From NCBI GenBank assembly GCA_963838275.1, contig CAWIQV010000023.1:10730-74729 (forward strand): DNA of 64,000 nucleotides. Reading direction: 5' to 3'. Positions 38,273 through 47,500 of this stretch are shown here, piece by piece. The translations under genes and the position numbers were made by a program. The notes below the pieces were generated by a model that ran no database searches, was not told the origin of the DNA, and saw only the letters and a program-made list of their open reading frames with translations. This DNA comes from an uncultured Gammaproteobacteria bacterium (GTDB lineage Bacteria; Pseudomonadota; Gammaproteobacteria; Steroidobacterales; Steroidobacteraceae). How positions within the stretch are numbered: the stretch's first letter is position 1; every line of letters begins with the position of its first letter.

Positions 38273-39433
38273 ATGGGCATGCGAGGCGGCATCGGGGCGC
38301 GCTGGGTGGCCGCGACGGCGTTCGCGCTGGCCATGGTGACGCGCGCCGACGTGCTGCCGGACGACCGCGCCGACGTGCTCTGGCACCGCTGGCAGGGCGG
38401 CGGCGTGGAGGTCGAGGGACCCTCGGTGCTGGTGCGCAAGAAGCTCGGGGACTCGGTGTCGCTGTCGGCGAACTACTATGTCGACATGATATCGAGTGCC
38501 TCGGTCGACGTGCTGTCGACCGCCAGCCCGTACAAGGAGCGGCGCACGCAGAAGAGCCTGAGCGCGGATTACCTGAACGGCAAGACGACCTACAGCGCCG
38601 GTTACATCGCGAGTGACGAGCCGGACTATCACGCCAAGACCGCATTCTTCTCGGTCAGCGAGAGCATGTTCGGCGATCTTACGACCGTCTCGTTCGGCGG
38701 CACGCGCGGCTGGGACAAGGTGTTCGAGCACATCCATTCCTCCACCGTGAATACCTTCGATTTCAAGGGCGACGCCGACCGCCGCAACTGGCAGGTCAGT
38801 CTGTCGCAGATCCTCACGCGCAACTGGCTGCTCAGCCTGAACTTCGAGACCAGCCAGAACGACGGCTACCTGCAGAGCCCGTATCGCTCGGCACGCTACC
38901 TCGCGGCAGACGGTTCGGTGCAGGCGGAGGCCGAGGTCTATCCGGATACCCGCACCGGCAACGCGGCATCGCTGCAGCTCAAGTACTACCTGCCCTGGCA
39001 CGCCGCGCTCGACGGCAGCTACCGCTTCTACAAGGACACGTGGGGCATCCTCGCGCACACCTTCGGGGTCGGCTACACGCAGCCGCTGTTCACGAACTGG
39101 ACCTTCGACCTCAATGCCCGCTATTACCGGCAGCGTGCCGCGAATTTCTACAGCGACCTGTTCCCGTACCAGGACTCGCAGAATTTCATGGCGCGCGACA
39201 AGGAGCTGGCGCAGTACCACGACCTGACGATCGGCGCGCAGGCCACCTGGGAGTTCCATCCGGCGTGGCCACACTGGATCGAAAAAGGGACCATGAACTT
39301 CAGCTACGATCGCATGAGCATCAATTACGACGATTTCCGCAATTACGGCCGCACCGGCGGCTCGCCGCTGGGCGTCCCGCTCTACGGCTACGACGCCAAT
39401 ATCACACAGTTCTTTATTTCCCTCTGGTACTGA
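38273..39433 (+). CDS. DUF3570-like outer-membrane beta-barrel protein
   Basis: ORF track, 386 aa. Signal peptide. Alternating beta-strand pattern. C-terminal FFISLWY. Always recalled next to DUF4266/TlpA. Confidence 0.65.
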   Translation: MGMRGGIGARWVAATAFALAMVTRADVLPDDRADVLWHRWQGGGVEVEGPSVLVRKKLGDSVSLSANYYVDMISSASVDVLSTASPYKERRTQKSLSADYLNGKTTYSAGYIASDEPDYHAKTAFFSVSESMFGDLTTVSFGGTRGWDKVFEHIHSSTVNTFDFKGDADRRNWQVSLSQILTRNWLLSLNFETSQNDGYLQSPYRSARYLAADGSVQAEAEVYPDTRTGNAASLQLKYYLPWHAALDGSYRFYKDTWGILAHTFGVGYTQPLFTNWTFDLNARYYRQRAANFYSDLFPYQDSQNFMARDKELAQYHDLTIGAQATWEFHPAWPHWIEKGTMNFSYDRMSINYDDFRNYGRTGGSPLGVPLYGYDANITQFFISLWY

Positions 39434-39478
39434 ACGATCATTCGCCTGCTGAAGTCGAAGCGACTTTGGAGGTGAACG

Positions 39479-40363
39479 ATGAGCCGACCGCCCTCGAGCC
39501 GTGCGCTGCCACGCGCACTCGCCTGCCTGCTGATCGCCATTGCGGCCCTGGGGCCGTGCGCCTCGGCACAGACGCGCGAGCAGACTCGCGAGGATGCCCG
39601 GCTGATCACGGCGCGCGAAGTGCTGGAGGAACTGCGTGCTGCGCCGGACCAGAACGTGCCCGACTGGCTCATGCAGCGCGCCTACGGCATCGCGGTGGTA
39701 CCCGAGGTGATCAAGGGCGCGCTGATGTTCGGCGGTCGCTACGGCAGCGGCGTGCTCACGGTCCGCGACGCCGGCGGCCGATTCAGCAATCCGATCTTCA
39801 TCACGCTCGCCGGTGGCAGTTTCGGGTGGCAGGTCGGTGCGACCTCGACCGACGTGGTGCTGGTATTCGTGACCCAGCGCAGCATCGAGAACTTTGCCCG
39901 CGGCAAGTTCACCCTCGGGGCCGACGCCTCGGTGGCGGCCGGGCCCCTGGGGAGGCAGGGCGAGGCGGAGGCGGGCGTGAATGCGGAAATCTACTCGTAC
40001 TCGCGCTCGCGCGGGCTGTTCGCGGGCGTCGCCCTCGATGGCACCGTGCTCGCCTTCGACCGCTCCGCCAACCGCGCCTACTATTCGGATCCCGGCGTGA
40101 GCACCGAAACCATCACGAGCGGCAAGGACACCACCACGTCGGAATCGGCGCGCCGCTTCCTCGCCGCGATCGCCCAGAGCGCCTATCCCCCCGGAGCCGC
40201 GCCGCCCGAACCGGGCGCCGCCGCGGCACCGCCGAGCGCCCCGCCCGCCGCACCGCCGCCGGTCAGTGCCGCGCCGCCCAGTCCCGCGCCACCCGGTGCC
40301 GCGCCGGCGGCGACCCACAGTTTCCCGCTGGAAGACTCGCAGCCGGGCCGGGAACCCCGGTGA
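39479..40363 (+). CDS. SYLF (DUF500/Ysc84-like) lipid-binding domain protein with Pro/Ala-rich tail
   Basis: ORF track, 294 aa. RBS GGAGG. FGGRYGSGVLTVRD...GGSFGWQVGATSTDVVLVF...FTLGADASVAAGPLGRQ. Confidence 0.75.
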   Translation: MSRPPSSRALPRALACLLIAIAALGPCASAQTREQTREDARLITAREVLEELRAAPDQNVPDWLMQRAYGIAVVPEVIKGALMFGGRYGSGVLTVRDAGGRFSNPIFITLAGGSFGWQVGATSTDVVLVFVTQRSIENFARGKFTLGADASVAAGPLGRQGEAEAGVNAEIYSYSRSRGLFAGVALDGTVLAFDRSANRAYYSDPGVSTETITSGKDTTTSESARRFLAAIAQSAYPPGAAPPEPGAAAAPPSAPPAAPPPVSAAPPSPAPPGAAPAATHSFPLEDSQPGREPR

Positions 40364-40411
40364 CCATGGCAAGCACCTGAGCTGACCGGACGCGCTCCCG
40401 CCGGTCCAGCG

Positions 40412-41239
40412 ATGCCGTTGACCATGCCGCCCTCCCCGCCCGGCGCCGACGCGCCGTCCACGGTGCCGTTGCGTGTCACGGACCTGCGCAAGCGCTACGG
40501 CGACGTGGTCGCCGTCGATGGGGTCTCCTTCGAGGTGCGTCCCGGGGAGATCGTGGGCCTGCTCGGACCGAATGGCGCGGGCAAGACCAGCACCATCAAC
40601 ATGATCCTGGGAGTACTGGAACCGAGCTCCGGGGCAGTGGCGATCGAGGGAATAGACCTCGCGCGGCGTCGCTCCCAGGCGCTCGCGCACACCAATTTCG
40701 CCGCTGTCTATGCGCCGCTGCCCGGGAATCTCACGGTGTTCCAGAACCTGCGCTTCTTCGGGCTCATCTATGACGTGCCACGCCTCTCGATCCGCATTGC
40801 CGACCTGCTCGCCGAGTACGACCTGGAGCGCCTGGCCGCCACCCGCACCGGCCTGCTCTCCTCCGGCGAGCAGACGCGCCTGGCGCTGGCCAAGGCGGTC
40901 CTGAACCAGCCGCACCTGCTGCTGCTGGACGAGCCGACAGCGTCACTCGATCCGTCGGCTGCGGACCTGATCCGCGGCCGGATCCGCGCCATGGCGCGCG
41001 ACCGGGGCTGCGGGATCCTGTGGACCTCGCACAACATGTACGAGGTCGAGGAGACCTGCCATCGCGTGCTGTTCGTCTCGCACGGCAGGATCCTGCTCGA
41101 GGGCAATCCGAAGTCGCTGCCCGTCGAGCATGGTGCGGCGACCCTCGAGGAGCTGTTCATCCGGCTGGCGCGCGAGCCGCTGGCCGGTGGCACCAGTCCC
41201 GATTCCCCTGCGCGCGCGCCGGGCAAGGCGCACGCATGA
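40412..41239 (+). CDS. ABC transporter ATP-binding protein
   Basis: ORF track, 275 aa. Walker A GPNGAGKTS, signature LSSGEQTRLAL, Walker B LLLLDEPT. Confidence 0.9.
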   Translation: MPLTMPPSPPGADAPSTVPLRVTDLRKRYGDVVAVDGVSFEVRPGEIVGLLGPNGAGKTSTINMILGVLEPSSGAVAIEGIDLARRRSQALAHTNFAAVYAPLPGNLTVFQNLRFFGLIYDVPRLSIRIADLLAEYDLERLAATRTGLLSSGEQTRLALAKAVLNQPHLLLLDEPTASLDPSAADLIRGRIRAMARDRGCGILWTSHNMYEVEETCHRVLFVSHGRILLEGNPKSLPVEHGAATLEELFIRLAREPLAGGTSPDSPARAPGKAHA

Positions 41240-42039
41240 GGCTGCGTCCGATCGCGGGCATCGCGCTGCGCCAGCTCTACCTGATGCGCAGCAGCCCGAC
41301 CCGCATCCTGCCCATGGTGGCCTGGGTCGCCATCGACATGGTCGTGTGGGGTTTCATGTCGCGCTACCTGGACAGCGTGTCCGGCGGCACCGTGAACTTC
41401 ATCGGCAGCCTGCTCGGAGCGGTGCTGTTCTGGGACTTCTTCACGCGCGTGATGCAGGGCGTGAGCATGGCGTTTCTCGAGGATGTCTGGTCACGCAACT
41501 TCATCAATATCTTCGCCACGCCGCTGCGCATCTCCGAATACCTGACGGGCCTGGTCTGCACTGGGATCACGACCAGCCTGATCGGCCTGATCGTGATGCT
41601 GGTGCTCGCGACTGCGGTCTTCGGCCTGCACTTCCTGGCGCTCGGCGCCCTGCTGGTTCCCGGCCTGCTGGTGCTGTTCCTGTTCGGCATCGCCTTGGGC
41701 GTACTCGCCGCGGCGATGGTGCTGCGGCTCGGTCCGGCGTCGGAATGGCTCGCCTGGCCGATTCCGGCACTGCTGTCGCCATTCGTCGGCGTGTTCTATC
41801 CGCTGCGCACGCTGCCGGCCTGGATGCGGGCGGTAGGCCACCTGTTGCCCCCCTCCTACGTGTTCGAGAACATCCGCTCGCTGATCGCAGGACACGGCTA
41901 TTCGTGGACGGAACTGCTGGTGAGCGTCGTACTCGCCGTACTGGATGTGGCGCTGGCCGTCTGGGCGTTCCGGGCCGTACATCGCCACGCGGTGCGCACC
42001 GGGCTGCTCGCGCGCTACAGCGCCGAGAGCGCCGGCTGA
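41236..42039 (+). CDS. ABC-2 type transporter permease
   Basis: Inner ATG overlapping the ATPase stop (ATGA). MRLRPIAGIALRQLYLMRSSPTRIL... with six hydrophobic segments. Confidence 0.85.
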   Translation: MRLRPIAGIALRQLYLMRSSPTRILPMVAWVAIDMVVWGFMSRYLDSVSGGTVNFIGSLLGAVLFWDFFTRVMQGVSMAFLEDVWSRNFINIFATPLRISEYLTGLVCTGITTSLIGLIVMLVLATAVFGLHFLALGALLVPGLLVLFLFGIALGVLAAAMVLRLGPASEWLAWPIPALLSPFVGVFYPLRTLPAWMRAVGHLLPPSYVFENIRSLIAGHGYSWTELLVSVVLAVLDVALAVWAFRAVHRHAVRTGLLARYSAESAG

Positions 42040-42071
42040 GCGCCGCCTGGCACCGACGGCGCGCCGGCAGT

Positions 42072-42578
42072 TCAGGCCTTCGGGCCCGATGCGGGCGGAT
42101 TGGCGGAATCGGCGGCGGAATCTCCCGTGGACAGCGCGGTGTCGGCGGCCGGAACCGTCGCCGCCGGTGGGACCGGCGCGGCGCGCCTGCGCTTCGAGGC
42201 TGCCGGGCGAGCGGTCACTCGCGCGCCGGCGCCGTGGCCCGCACGCCGGGCGCGGGCGGCCGCCACCGCGCGGGTGGCGCGCTTCGGGCCCGCGGGGGCC
42301 GCTGCGGCCGGAGGCGCGCCGCTGCGCCGTCGAGCGCTCGCCGCCGCCTGCGCCCGCTGCAGCGCGAGCCGCGCGCTCTTGCGCCGCGCTTCGGCCTCGC
42401 GGGCCTCCCGGCGGGCCTGCTTGGACGCCTTCTTGGCCGCCTTCAACTCGCCCTTCAGCGTGCGGACACGATCCTTGCTGGCGCGCAGCCGAGCGCGCAG
42501 CACCTTGAACTGCTGCTCGCTGCGCGCCACTGCGGCGCGCGCCGCGCTGATCCCCGCCGACTTCCTGGCACTGCTCAT
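42072..42578 (-). CDS. highly basic Ala/Arg/Lys-rich coiled-coil protein, unknown function
   Basis: ORF track, 168 aa. GGAG 8 nt before the ATG. KVLRARLRASKDRVRTLKGELKAAKKASKQARREAREAEARRK. Could be a histone-like or granule-associated protein. Coding status is less certain in this GC context. Confidence 0.45.
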   Translation of the reverse strand: MSSARKSAGISAARAAVARSEQQFKVLRARLRASKDRVRTLKGELKAAKKASKQARREAREAEARRKSARLALQRAQAAASARRRSGAPPAAAAPAGPKRATRAVAAARARRAGHGAGARVTARPAASKRRRAAPVPPAATVPAADTALSTGDSAADSANPPASGPKA

Positions 42579-42704
42579 TCTGCTTCTCCGGCCCGGCTAT
42601 GGCCTCAAGCGTAAGACAAAACGGTCCGGAAGAATATCCAGGCCGTCCGGAACCTCCCGCCTCGCGCCTGCCACGCCGCGCGACTGCCACGCTACACTGG
42701 CAGC

Positions 42705-43580
42705 GTGACTCCCCATGCGCGCGCGGGCCGGCGCCTCAGCATCTCCGGCCGTCCGATCATCACCTACGGACTGCCGCGCCGGATCTGGCAGGATCTCTAT
42801 CATTTCTCCATGACGGTCCGCGCAGCCAGGCTCGCGGCGGCCGTGGCCGCGCTGTTCCTGCTGTTCAACCTGCTGTACGCCGCGCTGTACGCGCTGCAAC
42901 CGGGCGACGTGACCAACGTGAACCCCGCGGGCTACTGGGGACTGTTCTTCTTCAGCGTGGAGACGCTGGCGACCGTCGGCTACGGCGACATGCACCCGTG
43001 CACCGTCTACGGACACGTCGTGGCCTCCTGCGAGATCCTGACCGGCCTGATGGCCCTGGCGCTGACCACCGGCCTGATCTTCGCGCGCTTCTCGCGGCCG
43101 ACAGCGCGCTTCCTGTTCGCCCGCCACGCGGTGATCCGCCCGCTCGATGGCATGCCCACCCTGATGCTGCGCGCGGCGAATGCACGACAGAACGTGGTCA
43201 TGGAAGCGCAGGCGCAGTTGCGGCTGATCCGCGAAGAGCGCACACCCGAGGGCTATCAGATTCGCCGCATCCACGACCTGGTGCTGCGCCGCCAGGCGCA
43301 CCCGATCTTCATCTTCGGCTGGAACCTGATGCACGTGATCGACGCGGCCAGCCCACTCCACGGACAGACCGAGCAGACGCTGAGCGCGGCGCGCGCCACG
43401 CTGCTGCTGACCGTCAGCGGCACCGACGAGACCACCGGCCAGACGCTGATGGCGCGGTACCAGTACCCGGCCAGCGCCCTGCGCTGGAACCATGAATTCG
43501 TCGACATCCTTTCGACCGGCGAGGACGGCATCGACCGCTTCGACTATCAGCGGTTCCACGACGTGCGCCCGCTCGGCTGA
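42705..43580 (+). CDS. prokaryotic inward-rectifier-type K+ channel (KirBac-like)
   Basis: ORF track, 291 aa. Two TM helices flank the selectivity filter TVGYGD. A beta-rich cytoplasmic C-domain follows. Confidence 0.85.
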   Translation: MTPHARAGRRLSISGRPIITYGLPRRIWQDLYHFSMTVRAARLAAAVAALFLLFNLLYAALYALQPGDVTNVNPAGYWGLFFFSVETLATVGYGDMHPCTVYGHVVASCEILTGLMALALTTGLIFARFSRPTARFLFARHAVIRPLDGMPTLMLRAANARQNVVMEAQAQLRLIREERTPEGYQIRRIHDLVLRRQAHPIFIFGWNLMHVIDAASPLHGQTEQTLSAARATLLLTVSGTDETTGQTLMARYQYPASALRWNHEFVDILSTGEDGIDRFDYQRFHDVRPLG

Positions 43581-43671
43581 ACGGCTATGGTCCGGAATCG
43601 GCGAATCACCTACGCTTGAACCGCATCGCCGGCGTCGTATGCCACGGACGAATGGACGGGAGGGTACAGTC

Positions 43672-46146
43672 ATGCAGCATCGCGCCGCCTTCGCCCCAGC
43701 GCAGCTTGCGCTCGCACTCGCACTCGCCGGGCTGACCGTCGACGCTGCCGCGCAGTCCGATGGCGCACCACCTGCCGCCGATGCCGCGACGCCGATCACG
43801 TCCACGCTCGAGGAGGTGGTCGTCACGGCCACCAAGCGCACCGAGTCCCTGAGCAAGGTGCCGATCAGCATCAGCGCCTATACCCAGGAGGCCATGGACC
43901 AGCGGGATATCCGGACCATCAGCGACATCGTCGCGCAGACTCCCGGCCTGAACCTGGGCGACCAGGGCAGCAATGGCGTCGGCGACCGCATTTCGATCCG
44001 CGGCATCGATTCCAACACCGGCGCCGGCACCACCGGCGTGTACATCGATGACACGCCAATCCAGGCGCGCAGCAACCCGGTCAACCTCGGCGGCACGGTG
44101 TTTCCGGAAGTTTTCGACCTCGAGCGGGTCGAGGTGCTGCGCGGGCCGCAAGGCACGCTGTTCGGCGCCGGAGCCGAGGGCGGCGTGGTGCGCTTCATCA
44201 CGCCGGCTCCCAGCGTGTCGAAGGACAGCGCGTACGCGAAGGCGGAGCTCGCCGGGACCCAGGGCGGCGGACTGAGCTATGAACTCGGCGGCGCCTTCGG
44301 CGGACCACTGATCGACGGCGTGCTCGGCATACGCCTCAGTGGCTTCGGCAGCCACGATGGCGGCTGGGTCGACCGGACCGCGTGGGAGAGCGGACAGCAC
44401 TTCGGCGATGTCAACTGGAGCGATGGCGGTGGCGCCCGCATCGCCCTGCTCTGGCAACCCTTCCAGGGCCTGAAGCTCACCCCATCGCTGCTCTACCAGG
44501 GCTCGCACCAGAACGATTCTCCGGACTACTGGCAGCAGCTGTCCGACCCGTCGTCCGGGCGCTTCGTGAGCGGCTACCAGCTGCGCCAGCCGAGTACCGA
44601 GCATTTCACGGTGCCGAGCCTCAAGATCGAAGCCGATTTCGGCGCGGTGCAGCTGACCTCGATCAGCTCGTACTTCTATCGCTCCGAATCCAATATTTCG
44701 GACGTCACCAATTACGATATCGCCGGGGCGCTGGGCGCGGTGGGGGCCAATGGCGAGAACAATTTCTTCCCCAGCCTGCCGGGCGGCGCGCTGGTCACCG
44801 ATGCGTTCGTCGGTGCGACCGTGCAGAACGTGTTCACGCAGGAACTGCGGCTCCAGAACGGCAATCCGGACGCGCGCCTGCGCTGGGTAGCCGGACTGTT
44901 CTTCCAGAACAGCCGGCTCAGCGATTCCCAGGTCGCACCCGTCCCGCAGCTGCTGAACCTGTGGACCCAGCAGCAGCCCGGCGCCTTCGCGGGGTACTAC
45001 TACCCTGGCGGCTGCACCGCGGACTGCAGCGGCCTGCTCGCGGGCCAGTACGAGTACACCGGGCTCGAGCATTCGCGCGACCTGCAGGTCTCGGCGTTCG
45101 GCTCGGTGGACTGGTCGATCACCCGCCGGCTGATCCTGAACGCCGGACTGCGGGTCGAACACACGGTCGCGGATTTCGTGTCGGTCGAGGACGGCCCGGT
45201 CAACGACGGCCTTTCCTCGAGCGGCGGCAATGCGTCCGGCAATCCGGTGACGCCGAAACTCGGGCTGTCGTTCCAGCAGGACGAAGACACGCTCTACTAT
45301 GGCTCGATCGCGAAGGGCTACCGCCCGGGTGGCGGCAACAGCCATGTGCCACCGTCCTGCGGCAGCGACGAGACCGCCATCGGGCTCAAGGACGTGCCCG
45401 CGTCGTACGGTCCGGACACTACCTGGAGCTACGAGCTGGGCAACAAACGGCGCTTCGCCGACGGTCGCGTGTCGCTGGACGCCAGCGTCTACTACATCGA
45501 CTGGCGCTCGATCCAGTGGTACTACTTCCTTCCCGACTGTGGCTACGGGATCGTCTTCAATCTCGGGAATGCGCGCAGCGAGGGCTTCGATCTGGAACTC
45601 GACGGCAGGATCACGCCGCAGCTCACCGCGACGCTGAGCGTCGGCTACACCGACGCCAACTTCAAGGACACCGTGGTCCTGGACCAGACGCCCGGCGACC
45701 CGCGCTTCGGCACGCAGGTGGTGGCGGCCGGACAGACGCTCGGCCAGTCACCGTGGACGATCTACTCCAGCCTGGAGTACCAGTTCCGCCTCGGCGATCT
45801 CACAGGCTGTTACGTGCGAGCGATCGATGACTTCCGCAGCTCCAATCGCGGGCCGTTCCTGTACCAGAACCCGAATTCGGCCGCTTACGATCCCCAGCTG
45901 CGACCCGACCCGTCGACCAACCAGCTGGACCTGCGCGGTGGACGCAGTTTCGGCAGCTGGGACCTGTCGCTGTTCATCAATAACCTGCTCGACGCGACGC
46001 CGGTGACCGAGCTCAGCCACTATGCGACGGGACTGAACCAGAACGGCAGCGATCCGAATTTCGGCAATCAGGTGTCCTCGCCGATCTTCGTGGCCGCGGG
46101 ACTGCGGCCGCGCACCTATGGCGCGACCGCAATCTTCCGCTACTGA
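43672..46146 (+). CDS. TonB-dependent receptor
   Basis: Inner ATG of ORF 43492..46146 after GGGAGGG. Signal peptide. Plug motifs EEVVVTATKR and RVEVLRGPQGTLFGAGAEGG. C-terminal AIFRY. Confidence 0.9.
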   Translation: MQHRAAFAPAQLALALALAGLTVDAAAQSDGAPPAADAATPITSTLEEVVVTATKRTESLSKVPISISAYTQEAMDQRDIRTISDIVAQTPGLNLGDQGSNGVGDRISIRGIDSNTGAGTTGVYIDDTPIQARSNPVNLGGTVFPEVFDLERVEVLRGPQGTLFGAGAEGGVVRFITPAPSVSKDSAYAKAELAGTQGGGLSYELGGAFGGPLIDGVLGIRLSGFGSHDGGWVDRTAWESGQHFGDVNWSDGGGARIALLWQPFQGLKLTPSLLYQGSHQNDSPDYWQQLSDPSSGRFVSGYQLRQPSTEHFTVPSLKIEADFGAVQLTSISSYFYRSESNISDVTNYDIAGALGAVGANGENNFFPSLPGGALVTDAFVGATVQNVFTQELRLQNGNPDARLRWVAGLFFQNSRLSDSQVAPVPQLLNLWTQQQPGAFAGYYYPGGCTADCSGLLAGQYEYTGLEHSRDLQVSAFGSVDWSITRRLILNAGLRVEHTVADFVSVEDGPVNDGLSSSGGNASGNPVTPKLGLSFQQDEDTLYYGSIAKGYRPGGGNSHVPPSCGSDETAIGLKDVPASYGPDTTWSYELGNKRRFADGRVSLDASVYYIDWRSIQWYYFLPDCGYGIVFNLGNARSEGFDLELDGRITPQLTATLSVGYTDANFKDTVVLDQTPGDPRFGTQVVAAGQTLGQSPWTIYSSLEYQFRLGDLTGCYVRAIDDFRSSNRGPFLYQNPNSAAYDPQLRPDPSTNQLDLRGGRSFGSWDLSLFINNLLDATPVTELSHYATGLNQNGSDPNFGNQVSSPIFVAAGLRPRTYGATAIFRY

Positions 46147-47447
46147 GCCTGCTTCGCGTCGCGTTGCTTCGCGTCCTCGCCCGGATGAGGCCTGGGTTTG
46201 CCGGTGGCGGCCGGTTTCGGCTTCGGCTTCGGCTTCGGCTGCGCACCATGACCAGCGGCAGGCGGCTGCGTACCGCCGTGCTCGGGCCTGCCCGCATGTT
46301 CGATAGCCGGCCCACCAGGCGCCGCGGGAGTCCGCGGCTGCATGTCGGGCCGCGCCACCGGTGACGCCGCGGGCGGCGGGAGCGCCCGGGGCGCTGGCGC
46401 ATCCGGGGCCATGGCACGAGATTCCGGCGGCTGTGCCAGCGGGCGCTCCGGCGTGACGGGCCGCTCCGGCGTGACGGGCCGCTCCGGCGAAGCGGGTCGC
46501 TCCTGCGGCACGGGGCGTTCCTGGGGCGCCGGGCGTGGCGGCACGGTGTTGCCGACCCGTTGCGGCGGCGGCAGCGATACCGGACCCTGCCCTGGGCGGT
46601 AGCTCGGAATCGGGCGGGTCGAGGCCGGCTCAGGCGCGACCGCCTTGAACACGGCGGGCTGCGCCGCGGCCAGATGGGCGGTTGCCGGCACCCTGCTGTT
46701 GACCGCCTGGTGGTTCGCCGTCGCCTCGGGGGGCGCGACGATGGTCACGTTCGTGACATTCGTGACGTTGTTGATCACCGTGGTGTTGCGCACCGTGGTG
46801 TTGTTGCTGTTCACGGTGGCCGTCACACGCATGCCCGGCGCGATCACCGGCGGAGCGCCGGTGACGACCGCCGGCGCGGTGCCGATCGGCGCGGGAACGA
46901 TGATGCCGGGGCGTGACCCGGGAGGCGCCGGGATGAACACGCCGCTCGGTCCGATCGGGCGCGGGCCGGGCACGACGCCGACCGCGGCGACTTCGACGCT
47001 CAGGTGGATCCCCAAGGGGGGCGGGACGAATACCACTCCGGGCGGTGACCAGTGGCCGCCGACGAAGATCACCACGCCGGCGCGATTCTCGTAGTACGGA
47101 TGCACCCAGCCATAGCCGGGCTGCGGTGGCGCGAGCCAGTGGCCGTGCGCCCAGACCCAATTGCCCTGCCACACCCAGTAGCCGCCGACCCACACGGCCT
47201 CGGCGAATGGCGGCGGCGGCGGTGCCTCGACCAGCATCGCCGGGGGCGCCCAGCCGACCGCTATCGGTGGCGGCTCGCCGACCGGCGGTTCGACATACAC
47301 GCTGACCACCGCGGGCGGCGGCGCCGGGACGTAGATCTCGGGTGCCGGCAGCGCCACGTCGACGCGTGGCGGTGTGACGGTCGCGACGCAACCCGCCAGG
47401 CAAGTCAGTGCCAGCGGCGCCACCAGTGGCGCTACGATATGTCTCAT
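46140..47447 (-). CDS. Pro-rich lipoprotein with YXWGXW-type repeats
   Basis: ORF track, 435 aa. Lipobox CLAGC. WVGGYWVWQGNWVWAHGHW. ERPxxP x5 and KPKPKPKP runs. Its 3' end overlaps the convergent receptor gene by 7 nt. Confidence 0.7.
   Translation of the reverse strand: MRHIVAPLVAPLALTCLAGCVATVTPPRVDVALPAPEIYVPAPPPAVVSVYVEPPVGEPPPIAVGWAPPAMLVEAPPPPPFAEAVWVGGYWVWQGNWVWAHGHWLAPPQPGYGWVHPYYENRAGVVIFVGGHWSPPGVVFVPPPLGIHLSVEVAAVGVVPGPRPIGPSGVFIPAPPGSRPGIIVPAPIGTAPAVVTGAPPVIAPGMRVTATVNSNNTTVRNTTVINNVTNVTNVTIVAPPEATANHQAVNSRVPATAHLAAAQPAVFKAVAPEPASTRPIPSYRPGQGPVSLPPPQRVGNTVPPRPAPQERPVPQERPASPERPVTPERPVTPERPLAQPPESRAMAPDAPAPRALPPPAASPVARPDMQPRTPAAPGGPAIEHAGRPEHGGTQPPAAGHGAQPKPKPKPKPAATGKPRPHPGEDAKQRDAKQAQ
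46436..46530 (-). repeat. in-frame degenerate 18-21-nt repeats (ERPVTP-type x5)
   Basis: PQERPVPQERPASPERPVTPERPVTPERP in the YXWGXW lipoprotein. A separate (KP)4 run from ggcttc repeats lies at ~46200-46235. Confidence 0.6.
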
Positions 47448-47500
47448 GCTGAGTGCTCCCTCGATAGAGGCGATGACGCGATACTAACGCGGCCGATGCC

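Noticed and set aside
37952-40915. 987-aa minus-strand ORF
   Set aside because: It is antisense to five recognisable plus-strand genes (TlpA, DUF4266, DUF3570, SYLF, ABC ATPase). It has low-complexity Arg/Gly/Ala composition and no motif.
43580-43671. Riboswitch upstream of the second TonB-dependent receptor
   Set aside because: The leader lacks the conserved cobalamin, TPP or other riboswitch blocks that I can recognise. It has only an ordinary RBS.
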